Counted from the stretch's first letter, positions 42,803-52,909 are shown. The stretch is 64,000 nt of DNA from Candidatus Omnitrophota bacterium (GCA_030691625.1 JAUYDX010000088.1:1856-65855); one strand, 5' to 3'. The notes: a model not told the origin generated them from the sequence alone. Program-made: numbers and translations.

Positions 42803-43708
42803 ATGGAGAACCCTGATAATAAAAATATGATAGGCCTGGCGCTTGGGTCAGGCGCCGCTTTCGGGCTCGCGCACATAGGCGTATTGCGCGTTCTTGAGAG
42901 GGAAAAGATTCCAGTAGGGGTTGTTTCAGGCGCGAGCATAGGCGCCCTTATCGCGGCAATGTGGTGCATTGGCCTGAGTTCAAATGACATAGAAGCGATT
43001 TCCGCGAAACTGAAAAGAAAGCTCAATATCATGAGGCTCCTGGATTTTACATTTCCGATATCCGGGATACTGGCAGGCAGGCGGCTCAAGAGATTTTTAA
43101 GGGCTATCCTGGGGGACAGGACATTCGAAGACCTGAAGATCCCCGTCAAAATAATAGTTTACGACCTGGCAAGCAGGGAGACAATAGTAGCGGACAAAGG
43201 CAGGATCCTGGACGCTGTATATAAAAGCATAGCTGTTCCGGGTATTTTTCAGCCAATAATGGAAGACGGAAGGATGTACGTGGACGGAGGAATCCTGGAT
43301 CCCGTGCCTGTGGATATACTTTTCAGGAGCGGCGCGAAAAAGGTCATAGCGGTCAATGTCCTGCCCGGGCCGAAGAATATACGCGAAAGAAATGTGGCCC
43401 TAAAAGAGATTGCCAAAGAAGAGGAAAACATGCTTAGGCACGGCTCATTGGGAGAAAAGATGTGCGCCTATATCTCCAGGTTTTTCAGAAAGGTTTTTAC
43501 GCCCAATATATTCGACGTCATAATGACCAGTATGCAGGCAATGGAATACTCTATAGCCGAGGTAAATTGCTGCAGGGCTGACGTGAACCTGCACCCTGTT
43601 TTAAGCGACGCCAGCTCGATAGATTTTCATCTTGTGAAGAGTTTTGTGAAAATAGGCGAGGAAGAGGCCCTGAGGCACATAGACAAGATAAGAGCTCTAA
43701 CAACTTGA
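42803..43708 (+). CDS. Patatin-like phospholipase
   Basis: 'LALGSGAAFGLAHIG', 'GASIG', 'DGG'. Confidence 0.92.
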   Translation: MENPDNKNMIGLALGSGAAFGLAHIGVLRVLEREKIPVGVVSGASIGALIAAMWCIGLSSNDIEAISAKLKRKLNIMRLLDFTFPISGILAGRRLKRFLRAILGDRTFEDLKIPVKIIVYDLASRETIVADKGRILDAVYKSIAVPGIFQPIMEDGRMYVDGGILDPVPVDILFRSGAKKVIAVNVLPGPKNIRERNVALKEIAKEEENMLRHGSLGEKMCAYISRFFRKVFTPNIFDVIMTSMQAMEYSIAEVNCCRADVNLHPVLSDASSIDFHLVKSFVKIGEEEALRHIDKIRALTT

Positions 43709-43742
43709 CACTTGTGACATTGTCACAAGTGTCAAGTTGTTG
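43698..43742. repeat. Family A palindrome (A12), fully symmetric core
   Basis: Core GTGACATTGTCAC; contains patatin TGA stop. Confidence 0.93.
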
Positions 43743-43761
43743 GCGGGAGGGGCAAAGGGCG

Positions 43762-44916
43762 ATGGCAATGGAAAAACAAAATATCAAGGTATTGATAGCG
43801 GATTTTACAAGCGCCAATATAGCGGACATAAAAAAGGTCCTTTCCGGGATACCGGGAGTTTCATATGATATATCCTGGCCGCAGATGGGAGAGAATATCC
43901 TGGAAAAAGCTGAGGCAGGGAAATACGACATCATACTCCTTTCTTATGATATACCGGGCATGAACGGACTGGAGATACTTGTTGATATGCAATATAAAGA
44001 ATTATCAGGCCCTGTTGTTATGATGGCTGACCCAAAGGATGAGGAATTCGCGCCCCAGGCAATACGTGACGGCGCTTACGATTATGTGTTAAGGGAAAAA
44101 GGTTTTGAGCAGGGCCTCCCTGTGATCATACACAACGCGCTTAACGCGTTTCGCGCTGCCAGGGAAAGAGAAAGGATGCAGAAAGAGATAGCGGCCAAAA
44201 AGATAGAGCTCGAGGCGGCAAATAAAAAATTGCAGCAGCTGGACAAGATAAAGTCAGACTTTGTGGCAAACGTGGCGCATGAATTCAGGACGCCTCTTAC
44301 TATCATAAAGGGCAATGTAGACCTTGTTAATAAGGGCGGGCTGGGAGACGTGGCGCCCGCTCAGAAGGAGATGCTGGACGGCGCCATAAATATAGTCAAC
44401 AGGCTTTCAAGGCTCGTAAACGACCTCCTGGACATATCCAAGATAGAATCAGGGAAGATGGAGCTGAAAAAAGAAACAGTTGACATGAACAGCGTAATAG
44501 AAGAAAATCTGCTTATATTTGACAAGATGATAAAGGATAAAAAACAGAAATTGGAGAAGACTATTGCCAAAGGCCCGGCAAATATAAATGCGGACAAAGA
44601 TAAGGTGACGCAGGTATTCGTGAATCTCCTGAGCAACGCTATAAAATACACCCCGGAATCAGGGGTTATCGCGATAAAGACCACTGACCTTGAAAAAGAA
44701 ATAATGGTGGAGGTCTCTGATACGGGCGAAGGCGTCGCGCCTGAAGACCTGGACAAGATATTCGATAAATTCACCAGGGTGACTGCTGAGAAAAAAGAGG
44801 GCACAGGCCTTGGCTTGCCAATAGCAAAGGATATAGTGGCGCTTCATAACGGCAGGATATGGGTAAAGAGCGAATTGGGAAAAGGCAGCCGGTTCTATTT
44901 TACATTGCCAAAATAA
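43762..44916 (+). CDS. Receiver-histidine kinase hybrid (atypical REC)
   Basis: REC-like N-terminus; 'HEFRTPL', 'NLLSNAIKY', 'GTGLGL'. Confidence 0.9.
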   Translation: MAMEKQNIKVLIADFTSANIADIKKVLSGIPGVSYDISWPQMGENILEKAEAGKYDIILLSYDIPGMNGLEILVDMQYKELSGPVVMMADPKDEEFAPQAIRDGAYDYVLREKGFEQGLPVIIHNALNAFRAARERERMQKEIAAKKIELEAANKKLQQLDKIKSDFVANVAHEFRTPLTIIKGNVDLVNKGGLGDVAPAQKEMLDGAINIVNRLSRLVNDLLDISKIESGKMELKKETVDMNSVIEENLLIFDKMIKDKKQKLEKTIAKGPANINADKDKVTQVFVNLLSNAIKYTPESGVIAIKTTDLEKEIMVEVSDTGEGVAPEDLDKIFDKFTRVTAEKKEGTGLGLPIAKDIVALHNGRIWVKSELGKGSRFYFTLPK

Positions 44917-44929
44917 TATCGGAGGGAAA

Positions 44930-45061
44930 ATGAGACGTTTTATCTGGATTGTTTTAGTGCTGGCGCTTGTGGCAGGGATAGCAGGATGCAGCAGGGCAAA
45001 ACGCATAGCCAATGACGTGGACTGGATTGTTTTTGACGGCCAGCCGTCAAAGGATAACTGA
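44930..45061 (+). CDS. Small 43-aa lipoprotein (absent from ORF track)
   Basis: GGAGG SD; [43 protein letters not shown] with lipobox IAGC. Confidence 0.8.
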   Translation: MRRFIWIVLVLALVAGIAGCSRAKRIANDVDWIVFDGQPSKDN

Positions 45062-45065
45062 TAAA

Positions 45066-45108
45066 AACCTCGTAGGTTGCCAAAGGCAACCTGCGAGGTT
45101 GAGGTGGT
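45066..45108. repeat. Family C palindrome (C5)
   Basis: AACCTCGTAGGTTGCC-AAA-GGCAACCTGCGAGGTT-GAGGTGGT. Confidence 0.92.
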
Positions 45109-45113
45109 ATAAA

Positions 45114-45830
45114 ATGTTTTTAGCTAGAATGAGTGAAGATATAAGATCCGCGATCAATAAGGACCCTGCGGCAAAGAGCGGCCTGGAAGTCATGTTCTGC
45201 TATCCGGGCGTTCACGCCATATGGTTTCACAGGATAGCGCATTTTTTCTACAATAGAAAAATGCGCCTCGCCGCCAGGATGATTTCCCATTTTGCCAGGT
45301 TTGTTACAGGCGTGGAGATCCATCCCGGCGCCAGTATCGGAAGGCGCGTGTTTATAGACCACGGTATGGGCGTTGTGATAGGCGAGACCTCTGAGATAGG
45401 CGATGACTCTCTTATTTACAAAGGCGTTGTGCTTGGAGGCACAAGCCTTGAAAAAGGCAAGCGCCATCCCACGCTCGGGAAGAATGTAGTGGTGGGGTCA
45501 AACGCCTGCGTGCTCGGCCCTATTAAAATAGGCGACGGCGCCAAGATAGGCTCGGGCTCTGTGGTCATAAAGGACGTGCCTAGCGGCGCCACTGTGGTGG
45601 GCGTGCCTGGCAAGATAGTGGAAAAGAAAACAGCGGATAAGCTGGCCCTGGATTTCGAGCATGGGAACCTGCCTGACCCTGTGGCAGACGTCGTGAAGAT
45701 CATGCTCAAGATGCAGCACGAGCTGGAGCAGAGGCTGAACACCATTGAAAAGGACCACAATATAAACGTCAGGAGCATATTCCACGATTACGAGGAAAAG
45801 GCTGCTGAAGAGCTTCCTGATGAAAAATAA
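45114..45830 (+). CDS. cysE: Serine O-acetyltransferase
   Basis: 'DPAA', 'TGVEIHPGA', '[13 protein letters not shown]', 'KRHPTLG'. Confidence 0.95.
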   Translation: MFLARMSEDIRSAINKDPAAKSGLEVMFCYPGVHAIWFHRIAHFFYNRKMRLAARMISHFARFVTGVEIHPGASIGRRVFIDHGMGVVIGETSEIGDDSLIYKGVVLGGTSLEKGKRHPTLGKNVVVGSNACVLGPIKIGDGAKIGSGSVVIKDVPSGATVVGVPGKIVEKKTADKLALDFEHGNLPDPVADVVKIMLKMQHELEQRLNTIEKDHNINVRSIFHDYEEKAAEELPDEK

Positions 45831-45909
45831 GCTTGCGCGAATTGACAAAATAAAAATCATAGTGTATAATTTAGTAAATTTTAGGTAACGCGGAAGGAGG
45901 GTAGTGTAA

Positions 45910-46113
45910 GTGCCGAAAGGAAAAGTGAAGTGGTTCAGCAATCAAAAAGGCTACGGCTTCATCACTCCTGAAGATGGCAAAGATGTCTTCGTGCATCATA
46001 CTGCCATAACGGGAGATGGGTACAAGACTCTGCAGGAAGGCCAGGAAGTAGAGTTTGAGATTGTCCAGGGACCAAAAGGAGAACAGGCAGCTAATGTGAA
46101 GAAATTGTCATAA
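45910..46113 (+). CDS. Cold-shock protein
   Basis: 'GKVKWF...KGYGFI...DVFVH'. Confidence 0.96.
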   Translation: MPKGKVKWFSNQKGYGFITPEDGKDVFVHHTAITGDGYKTLQEGQEVEFEIVQGPKGEQAANVKKLS

Positions 46114-46135
46114 ATCTCGCGGATTAGCAGCCTCT

Positions 46136-46168
46136 GCCCCTCGTCATTTTATGGCGAGGGGCTTTTTT
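46136..46168 (+). terminator. Rho-independent terminator
   Basis: GCCCCTCGTCA...TGGCGAGGGGC + T6. Confidence 0.88.
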
Positions 46169-46173
46169 ATGAA

Positions 46174-47778
46174 ATGAAAAATATACTTATTCTTTCCGCA
46201 ATCCTGATACTGATATCAGCCGCAGCAGCGGTTTACGCCCCGGCCCTGAATACGCCTTTCCAGTTTGATGACGTAAAGCGCATAGTGGGCCAGGCGCAGG
46301 TGGAAAACCTGGATCTCGCAGATATCTTTCATTATTCAAAAAGCAGGTTCCTGCTTTATCTTACGCTGGCGCTTAATTATCATTTTGGCGGATATGGTGT
46401 ATTCGGTTTTCACCTTGTTAACCTGGTTATCCATATAATATCCTCTCTCGCGGTATTTGCTTTAGGCATTATTGTATTTAATTCCCCCAGGCTTAAAAAC
46501 CAGGCCCTATCGCGGCACAGCCGCATGCTGGCGTTCTTTTCCTCAATGATATTCGCGCTCCACCCCATGCAGACAGAGTCTGTTACATATATCTGGCAGA
46601 GGGCTGAATCAATGACAGGGATGTTTTATCTCCTGGCGATATTCCTATACGCGAAATTCAGGCTTGCGAGCGCTGCCAGGCCTCGGTTTATGTTTTACGC
46701 GGCATGTTTATTATCAATAATCCTGTGCTCATTCACAAAACCCAATTCCGTAACCCTCCCGGCAGCCATATTGCTTTTCGAGGCATGTTTTCTCAGCAGG
46801 AGCATTAAGGACTTTAAAGGATCCTTAAAATATCTCGCTCCAATTCTTTTATTTATCTTATTGCCCGCGGCGCTGGCTAAATTTGACGTTGGGGAGAATA
46901 AGGGTGTCAGCGTGAGATTTGACAGTTACTACCTGCCGTATTATTACACCAAACTCAGGGTACTGGCAAATTCCCTGTGGCTTATGTTCGCGCCTTTTAA
47001 TCAGACCATAGAGCATGATTTTAGCTGGAGCGCATCTCTTGTAAATCCGATCTCAACCCTCTATAGCGCGGCGGCGCTTTTATCCCTGGCACTGGCAGGC
47101 ATCTTGAGTTTCAGGCGAAGGGTTCTAATAGCTTTTAGCGTCATGTGGTTTTATCTCACGCTCTCAGTCACAACCATACTTTTTTTAGACGATTTATTTT
47201 TCGAGCATTATTTATACCTGCCTATATTCGGATTCAGCCTTGTCTTGCCGGCATTGGGCATGGAAATCGCGGATAATTTCAAACTGGATAAAAAATGGCT
47301 GGCGGCGTGCCTGATTATTTTACTCGCGGCGTATTCTTACGGGACGTATTCCAGGAATCTTGTATGGAAGACAGAGATAACGCTATGGGAAGACGCTGTT
47401 AAAAAAGCCCCTCTAAATGCCAGGGCGCATTATACGTTAGGCGTGTATTATTTCAGGGAGCATAGAAATAATGAGGCGCTGAGAGAATATGAGCTTTCCC
47501 TGAAGCTTAAACCGGAATATCCTGAGGCTTATTACAGGCTCGGGGAGTATTATTTCGATTCCGGCGCCATAGACAAATCCATTTATAATTATAAAAAGGC
47601 ATTGGACATGAATCCTGATTTTTTTGAGGCATATGTAAATCTCGGGAACGCCTACATGGGTTCGGGCCAGAACAAAGATGCCCTTGCCTGCTTTAAAAAC
47701 GCTTTAAGGCTTACTGTTGACAAAAGGTATATCACGGAAATAAACAGCATAATAGATAGGCTGGTAAAATATGAGTGA
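46174..47778 (+). CDS. TMTC-like GT-C membrane glycosyltransferase with TPRs
   Basis: 'FQFDD', 'FHLVNLVIH', 'FALHPMQTESV', 'EHYLYLP', 'RNLVW', C-terminal TPRs. Confidence 0.8.
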   Translation: MKNILILSAILILISAAAAVYAPALNTPFQFDDVKRIVGQAQVENLDLADIFHYSKSRFLLYLTLALNYHFGGYGVFGFHLVNLVIHIISSLAVFALGIIVFNSPRLKNQALSRHSRMLAFFSSMIFALHPMQTESVTYIWQRAESMTGMFYLLAIFLYAKFRLASAARPRFMFYAACLLSIILCSFTKPNSVTLPAAILLFEACFLSRSIKDFKGSLKYLAPILLFILLPAALAKFDVGENKGVSVRFDSYYLPYYYTKLRVLANSLWLMFAPFNQTIEHDFSWSASLVNPISTLYSAAALLSLALAGILSFRRRVLIAFSVMWFYLTLSVTTILFLDDLFFEHYLYLPIFGFSLVLPALGMEIADNFKLDKKWLAACLIILLAAYSYGTYSRNLVWKTEITLWEDAVKKAPLNARAHYTLGVYYFREHRNNEALREYELSLKLKPEYPEAYYRLGEYYFDSGAIDKSIYNYKKALDMNPDFFEAYVNLGNAYMGSGQNKDALACFKNALRLTVDKRYITEINSIIDRLVKYE

Positions 47779-48061
47779 CCTTGTGAGGGTGTGGAAAGAG
47801 GTGGATATAGCGGATATAGCTAAAAGCCTTTTAATAATCGGGCTTTCAACAGGCGATTGTTCCAACTGCAGGGAACTGGGCATAGACTATTCCAGCGCCA
47901 AGGCCTGCCCTAAGTGCGGGGCTGTATTTAAATACATAGCTTCCAGGAGTAAAGAGATAAAAAAGATAAAAAATAAAAGGCCGGATTTGATATTTATAGA
48001 TCTTGAGGATTACAAAAAAGTCTCAGGGTCCATCAAGGCCAAGGATTTCTTCTCCGCTTGA
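47771..48061 (+). CDS. Small hypothetical protein with CxxC...CxxC zinc ribbon
   Basis: CSNC and CPKC; overlaps upstream stop. Confidence 0.7.
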   Translation: MSDLVRVWKEVDIADIAKSLLIIGLSTGDCSNCRELGIDYSSAKACPKCGAVFKYIASRSKEIKKIKNKRPDLIFIDLEDYKKVSGSIKAKDFFSA

Positions 48062-48062
48062 C

Positions 48063-48105
48063 AAACTACTTTACATTGAGACAATGACGCAATGTAAAGT
48101 AGTTT
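48063..48105. repeat. Family A, 43-bp subfamily (A13), between convergent stops
   Basis: AAACTACTTTACATT-N13-AATGTAAAGTAGTTT with paired change in both arms. Confidence 0.9.
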
Positions 48106-48796
48106 AGAGGGAGTATTTGATGATGGCCCACAATACGCCCAGAGAATATATCCTTTTGAATTTTTTGCCTTCTTTGAATGTCCTGGCTTTATAGGGGATA
48201 GGGACCTCTCTGATTTTAAAACCCGCCTTGCTTATCTTAGCCGTTATTTCCGGCTCTATGTCAAAACCCCTGGATTTCAGGGTAATATTGCTCAGCGCGC
48301 GTTTTTTAAAGACCTTAAAACATGTCATGCAGTCTGTGAGGGATGTGCGGCACAGGGCATTTGTAAGGTAATTCCCGAAACGGTTTGCCAGAAAATACGA
48401 AAGCCTCATTCCTAAAGGGTGCGGTTCTGCCAGGAACCTGGAACCGTAAACAACGTCGGCATTTTCCGTTATAACAGGTTTCAGCAGGCTGGGATACAGG
48501 GAAGGGCTGTATTCCAGGTCAGCGTCCTGGATTATTATTATGTCGCCTGTGGCGTGCGCTATCCCTGATATGAGCGCCGCTCCTTTCCCCTGGTTTTTCA
48601 CGTGCCTGATAACCCTCGCGCTTGGCATTACTATGGAGGCCTTTTCAACCGTCTTGTCTGTGGACCCGTCGTCAATCAAAAGGACCTCTTTTTCAGATAT
48701 ACCGAAAGGAGAAAGGTCCAGGGATTTTATTTCCCTCATAACCTGGGCTATGGTGGCTTCTTCATTGTAAGCGGGTACCAGGATAGAAAGTTTCAT
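48104..48796 (-). CDS. GT2 glycosyltransferase (polyprenol-phosphate sugar synthase-like)
   Basis: 'VPAYNE', 'DDGSTD', 'NQGKG', 'QDADLEY', 'VYGSRF'. Confidence 0.92.
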   Translation of the reverse strand: MKLSILVPAYNEEATIAQVMREIKSLDLSPFGISEKEVLLIDDGSTDKTVEKASIVMPSARVIRHVKNQGKGAALISGIAHATGDIIIIQDADLEYSPSLYPSLLKPVITENADVVYGSRFLAEPHPLGMRLSYFLANRFGNYLTNALCRTSLTDCMTCFKVFKKRALSNITLKSRGFDIEPEITAKISKAGFKIREVPIPYKARTFKEGKKFKRIYSLGVLWAIIKYSL

Positions 48797-48840
48797 AGAA
48801 GGCAGTATATACGAAAAATATCATTTTTGCAACCTTTTAC

Positions 48841-48886
48841 TACCTTAACCTGCCCCAACCTACGAGGTAACCTGCGAGGTTGAAGA
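48841..48886. repeat. Family C element (C6), left of RAYT
   Basis: AACCTACGAGGTAACCTGCGAGGTTGA. Confidence 0.85.
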
Positions 48887-48945
48887 TAAAAAATTAAAAT
48901 TTTTGAAAGAAACCCCTCATCTAAATGTGTCTTATATGGTAAATA

Positions 48946-48988
48946 AACCACCTCAACCTGCGAGGTAACCTGCGAGGTTGAAGTGGTT
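48946..48988. repeat. Family C element (C7), left of RAYT
   Basis: AACCACCTC-AACCTGCGAGGT-AACCTGCGAGGTT-GAAGTGGTT. Confidence 0.92.
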
Positions 48989-49008
48989 AAATCAAAGAGG
49001 AGGTGGAT

Positions 49009-49638
49009 ATGTTTGTTACAGGCGAAATTTATCATGTTTATAGTAAGAGTATAGCTGATTTTAAGATATTCAATAATGATTTTGAATACCAGAGAATTAA
49101 TAAAGCAATGCAATATTATCAAGTTTCTAAACGGCCTGGAAGTTTTTCTAACTTTTTGGAATACGGGAAACAGCTTTCAGCGGGTAATACCAATAATAAA
49201 CTGGTGCAAATTATTTCTTATTGTCCGATGCCGACTCATTTGCATTTTACCTTAAAGCAATTAATAGAAAAAGGGATATCAACATTTATGAGCAATGTCC
49301 TCAATAGCTATACCCGTTATTTTAATATCAAGCATAACCGTAAAGGTCCGCTATGGGAAGGGCGGTTCAAGAAAGTATTGGTGAAAAGCGATGAACAGCT
49401 AATTCATCTGACTCGCTATATCCATTTAAATCCTGTTACAGCAGGTTTGGTTAATAATCCGATAGATTGGCCATGGTCTTCTTATCATGAGTTTATTAAT
49501 AAAGATTTAACAGAAGACAGCATTTGTGAATACAAAAATATATTAGACATAAAACCTGATAGTTATAAAGCATTCACAGAAGATAGAGCTTCTTATCAAA
49601 GAGAATTGGCAAAAATAAAGCATATACTGATCGATTAG
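49009..49638 (+). mobile_element. HUH/Y1 transposase, REP-associated (RAYT/TnpA-REP-like)
   Basis: 'YHV', HUH 'YCPMPTHLH', 'GPLWEGRF', 'YIHLNPV', 'WPWSSY'; AT-richer than neighbours; flanked by family C palindromes. Confidence 0.9.
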
Positions 49639-49680
49639 ACCACCTTAACCTACGAGGTAACCTGCGAGGTTGAGATGGTT
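49639..49680. repeat. Family C element (C8), right of RAYT
   Basis: ACCACCTT-AACCTACGAGGT-AACCTGCGAGGTT-GAGATGGT directly after stop. Confidence 0.92.
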
Positions 49681-49704
49681 ATCAGGGTGTGGTATAATAG
49701 ACGC

Positions 49705-51411
49705 ATGGCAGTTAAAAATATATTTTTAATTATCATTATAATTATCGCGGCAGCCGCGCCTTATATAAACTCCATGCACAATCCTTTCATCTGGGACGAG
49801 GAGGAGATTATAGTAAAAAATCCCGTGATAAAAGATTGGAGCTACCTGCCGCATGTTTTTAAGACAAACATTTTCGGGACAGCAATAACCCCGTCCGGTT
49901 ACTACAGGCCCATGTATACGCTGTCATTCATGGCAGATTACAATATCTGGGGCCTTAATACCTTCGGATACCACCTCTTTAATATCCTATTCCATGTTTT
50001 AAACGCTATTTTGCTGTATTTACTTCTCATGAAGCTTGGGCTGGACAGGAAAATCGCATGCTTTAGCAGTGTATTATTCGCTGTGTATCCGATAAACTGC
50101 GAAGCTGTTACGCTTATAGCCGCAAGAGTGGAGCTCATAGCGGGTTTTCTGCTTTTATCGTGCATGATATGTTTTATCAATGGCGTAAAAGGCCGGGGGC
50201 TTAATTTTCTATTGTCCATTATTTTCTTTGCGCTGGCCATGTTGACAAAAGAAAGCGTTATGGTATTCCCGTTTATACTACTGGCTTACACCCTGATATT
50301 CGTAGAGAAAAAGCCCGGGTCAAAGGCTATTTTACCTTTAATGGTTTTGATATTAATGGCCGCGTTTTACGGTATTGCCAGGTTCCTGCTTCTGGGCCAC
50401 TCGCCGGTCACAACCTTATCCCTTATAAACAGCGCCAGTTTTATTGAAAAGGTTTTTACGTTGCCGGGGATATTATTTACATATGTGTCGCTTATATTGT
50501 TTCCTGTCAGGCTGATAAGCGAATACGATTTTGTGCTGCGAAGTTTCTGGGATCCGCGCGTCTGGCTGGCAGCGTTTTTATTAATAGCCATGTTTTCAGC
50601 CGCGTATCTGCGGCTTAAGCCAAAAAAATATCCGCTATTTTTCATATCCTGGTTTTTAATAAGCCTGGCGCCTTACTTTAATATAATAATCCCCCTGCAT
50701 GCCACTCTTATGGAGCATTGGGCGTATTTTTCCACAATGGGTTTCGCTGCCCTGTCAGGGATAGCTGTTTTTAATATGGCTGAATCCGCGTCTTCCAGGT
50801 GGCTGAAAGGGCTTCTGATCCTGATGGCCGCGTCCCTTATCGGATTTTATATCGCGAAGATAACAGAGCGCAACATGGAATGGAGCGATCCTTTCAGGTT
50901 ATACCAGGCAGATGTTAAAAAAGAGCCGAATAGTTTTTTACTGCATTGCAATCTGGGCGTGGAGTATTTCAGGAGAGGGATGACGGAAGAGGCTGAAAAA
51001 GAATTCCTGGAATGCAATAATGTAAGCCCCGGCGGTAAATATGACACAGCCTGCAATAACCTGGGAGTGATATACGCGAGAAAAGGCAGGACAGAAGAGG
51101 CAATAGCTTTATACAAGGAGAGCATAGACATCAATAACTATCCCCTGGCTTATGAAAATTTAGGCGGGCTTTATAATGCCATGGGTAAACATAGAGACGC
51201 TGTATTAATTCTTGAAAAAGGCGCTGAGCTGTACCCATTAAACATTAATATCCTGTACCAGTTAGGGATCGCTTATTACATGAACAAGGAATTTGGCCCG
51301 GCTAAACAGATGTTTCTGAGGGTGGAGGGGATCCAGAAAAATTATTCAGACACAGCCAAATTCCTCAATCTCCTAAACAACTTGACACTTCAAACATTGT
51401 CACAAGTGTAA
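49705..51411 (+). CDS. Second TMTC-like GT-C membrane protein with TPRs
   Basis: 'FIWDEE', 'YYRP', 'YHLFNILFH', 'TKES', 'EHWAY', 'RNMEW', TPRs. Confidence 0.8.
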   Translation: MAVKNIFLIIIIIIAAAAPYINSMHNPFIWDEEEIIVKNPVIKDWSYLPHVFKTNIFGTAITPSGYYRPMYTLSFMADYNIWGLNTFGYHLFNILFHVLNAILLYLLLMKLGLDRKIACFSSVLFAVYPINCEAVTLIAARVELIAGFLLLSCMICFINGVKGRGLNFLLSIIFFALAMLTKESVMVFPFILLAYTLIFVEKKPGSKAILPLMVLILMAAFYGIARFLLLGHSPVTTLSLINSASFIEKVFTLPGILFTYVSLILFPVRLISEYDFVLRSFWDPRVWLAAFLLIAMFSAAYLRLKPKKYPLFFISWFLISLAPYFNIIIPLHATLMEHWAYFSTMGFAALSGIAVFNMAESASSRWLKGLLILMAASLIGFYIAKITERNMEWSDPFRLYQADVKKEPNSFLLHCNLGVEYFRRGMTEEAEKEFLECNNVSPGGKYDTACNNLGVIYARKGRTEEAIALYKESIDINNYPLAYENLGGLYNAMGKHRDAVLILEKGAELYPLNINILYQLGIAYYMNKEFGPAKQMFLRVEGIQKNYSDTAKFLNLLNNLTLQTLSQV

Positions 51412-51419
51412 AGTTGTTA
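51375..51419. repeat. Family A palindrome (A14)
   Basis: Encodes last residues NNLTLQTLSQV and the stop. Confidence 0.9.
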
Positions 51420-51463
51420 GGATGGCTTGACCGGAGATGGATTATGCGATATAATAAAAACCA

Positions 51464-52909
51464 ATGAGCGCTGGGAAAAAGAAGGTATTATTAGCTGAGC
51501 ATGAGACAGGCATTGCTGAAATAATCCAGTATCTCCTTAAGGCGTGGGATTACGAAACGATTATTATTTCAAAGGGCTCGGCAGTGCTGGAGGCAGTGAG
51601 GCGGGAACAGCCGGATATTATAATAATAGACTGGGGCCTGCCTGACATGGACGGCCTCAAGGTTTCCAGGGTACTCAAGGAAGATTTTCTCACCGCGCAC
51701 ATACCCGTAATAGTCCTCATAGACAAAAAACAGATAAGAAAAAAGATGCTCGAGATAGAGCAGGGCGTGGACGATTATATCGCCAACCCGCCTGACCCTA
51801 TAGACCTGGAGGTCAGGATGGAGCTTGCCCTGCGCAGGACCAGCCACCAGCTTTACGCGAATGCCCTCACAAAACTCCCGGGAAATAAACAGATAGAAAA
51901 GGCCATACATGCCAGGATGGATGCGAAAGAATTGTTTTCAGTGGCGTATTATGATATAGATAATTTTAAATCATTCAATGACAAATACGGCTACATGAAA
52001 GGCGACAGCGTGATAAGGCACACGGCTTATATTATCTCCACAACGGTCAAGAGATACGGTAATCCCGGCGATTTCGTGGGGCACATAGGAGGGGACGATT
52101 TCGTGGTGGTCACTACGCCTGACAGGGACAGGCTGGTCGCATCAGAGTCTATACTGGCCTTTACCAGGGCAGTGCATTTTCATTATTCAAAAGAGGACAG
52201 GGACAGGACTTATATAGTGGCAAAAGACAGGCGGGGCAACGTGGTGAATACGCCTCTGATGAGCATCTCAATAGCCATAGCGAACAATAAAAATTTCCCT
52301 ATAAAAAATATGGTGGAGCTGATGGAGATTATCACAGAGATAAAACATTACCTGAAGACCCTGCCCGGGAGCAATTTTCTTGTGAATAGGCGCCAGACTG
52401 AAAAGAGGTTATTCATAGAAGAACCCTGCGCCGCGCCGGGACAGGCTAACAAAGAAGATAAATTCAGGCATAAGCCGCTCGGCCAGATACTGCTGGAGTC
52501 GCAGGTGATTACGCCGGAACAGCTTGAAACCGCGCTAAACAGGCATTGGTCCACCGGCCAGAAAATAGGACAAAGCATAATGAACCTTGGCATGGCCAGC
52601 TCAGGTGATATTGCCAGGGCACTGGAAACGCAGTTCAATGTCCCGCACTTTGATATCCGGGACATGAGCGAAAACGGAGAATTAAAAGAGATAATGTCCA
52701 AGGTGTCTTTTGAGATAATGAAACATTACGGGGTTGTGCCTGTGAGAAAGGATAAAAATACGCTGCTCCTGGCAATGCTCGACCCTAAAAATATGGAGGC
52801 AATGGCTAAGATAAAAAGCCTCACTGGGTGCGTCATAGCGCCTTTATTTGTCCTGGAGAGCGAATTCAGCGAGATATTTGACAGGGTGGCGGTTAAATCA
52901 GGGCTATAA
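51464..52909 (+). CDS. REC-GGDEF-MshEN diguanylate cyclase-like response regulator
   Basis: REC; 'DIDNFKSFNDKYG', 'GHIGGDDF'; MshEN-like 'PLGQILLESQVITPEQLETAL...KIGQ'. Confidence 0.85.
   Translation: MSAGKKKVLLAEHETGIAEIIQYLLKAWDYETIIISKGSAVLEAVRREQPDIIIIDWGLPDMDGLKVSRVLKEDFLTAHIPVIVLIDKKQIRKKMLEIEQGVDDYIANPPDPIDLEVRMELALRRTSHQLYANALTKLPGNKQIEKAIHARMDAKELFSVAYYDIDNFKSFNDKYGYMKGDSVIRHTAYIISTTVKRYGNPGDFVGHIGGDDFVVVTTPDRDRLVASESILAFTRAVHFHYSKEDRDRTYIVAKDRRGNVVNTPLMSISIAIANNKNFPIKNMVELMEIITEIKHYLKTLPGSNFLVNRRQTEKRLFIEEPCAAPGQANKEDKFRHKPLGQILLESQVITPEQLETALNRHWSTGQKIGQSIMNLGMASSGDIARALETQFNVPHFDIRDMSENGELKEIMSKVSFEIMKHYGVVPVRKDKNTLLLAMLDPKNMEAMAKIKSLTGCVIAPLFVLESEFSEIFDRVAVKSGL

Noticed and set aside
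43714-43726. Core GTGACATTGTCAC equals the enterobacterial matS consensus
   Set aside because: Only one copy matches exactly, it sits within longer conserved arms, and MatP is known from gammaproteobacteria; likely coincidence.
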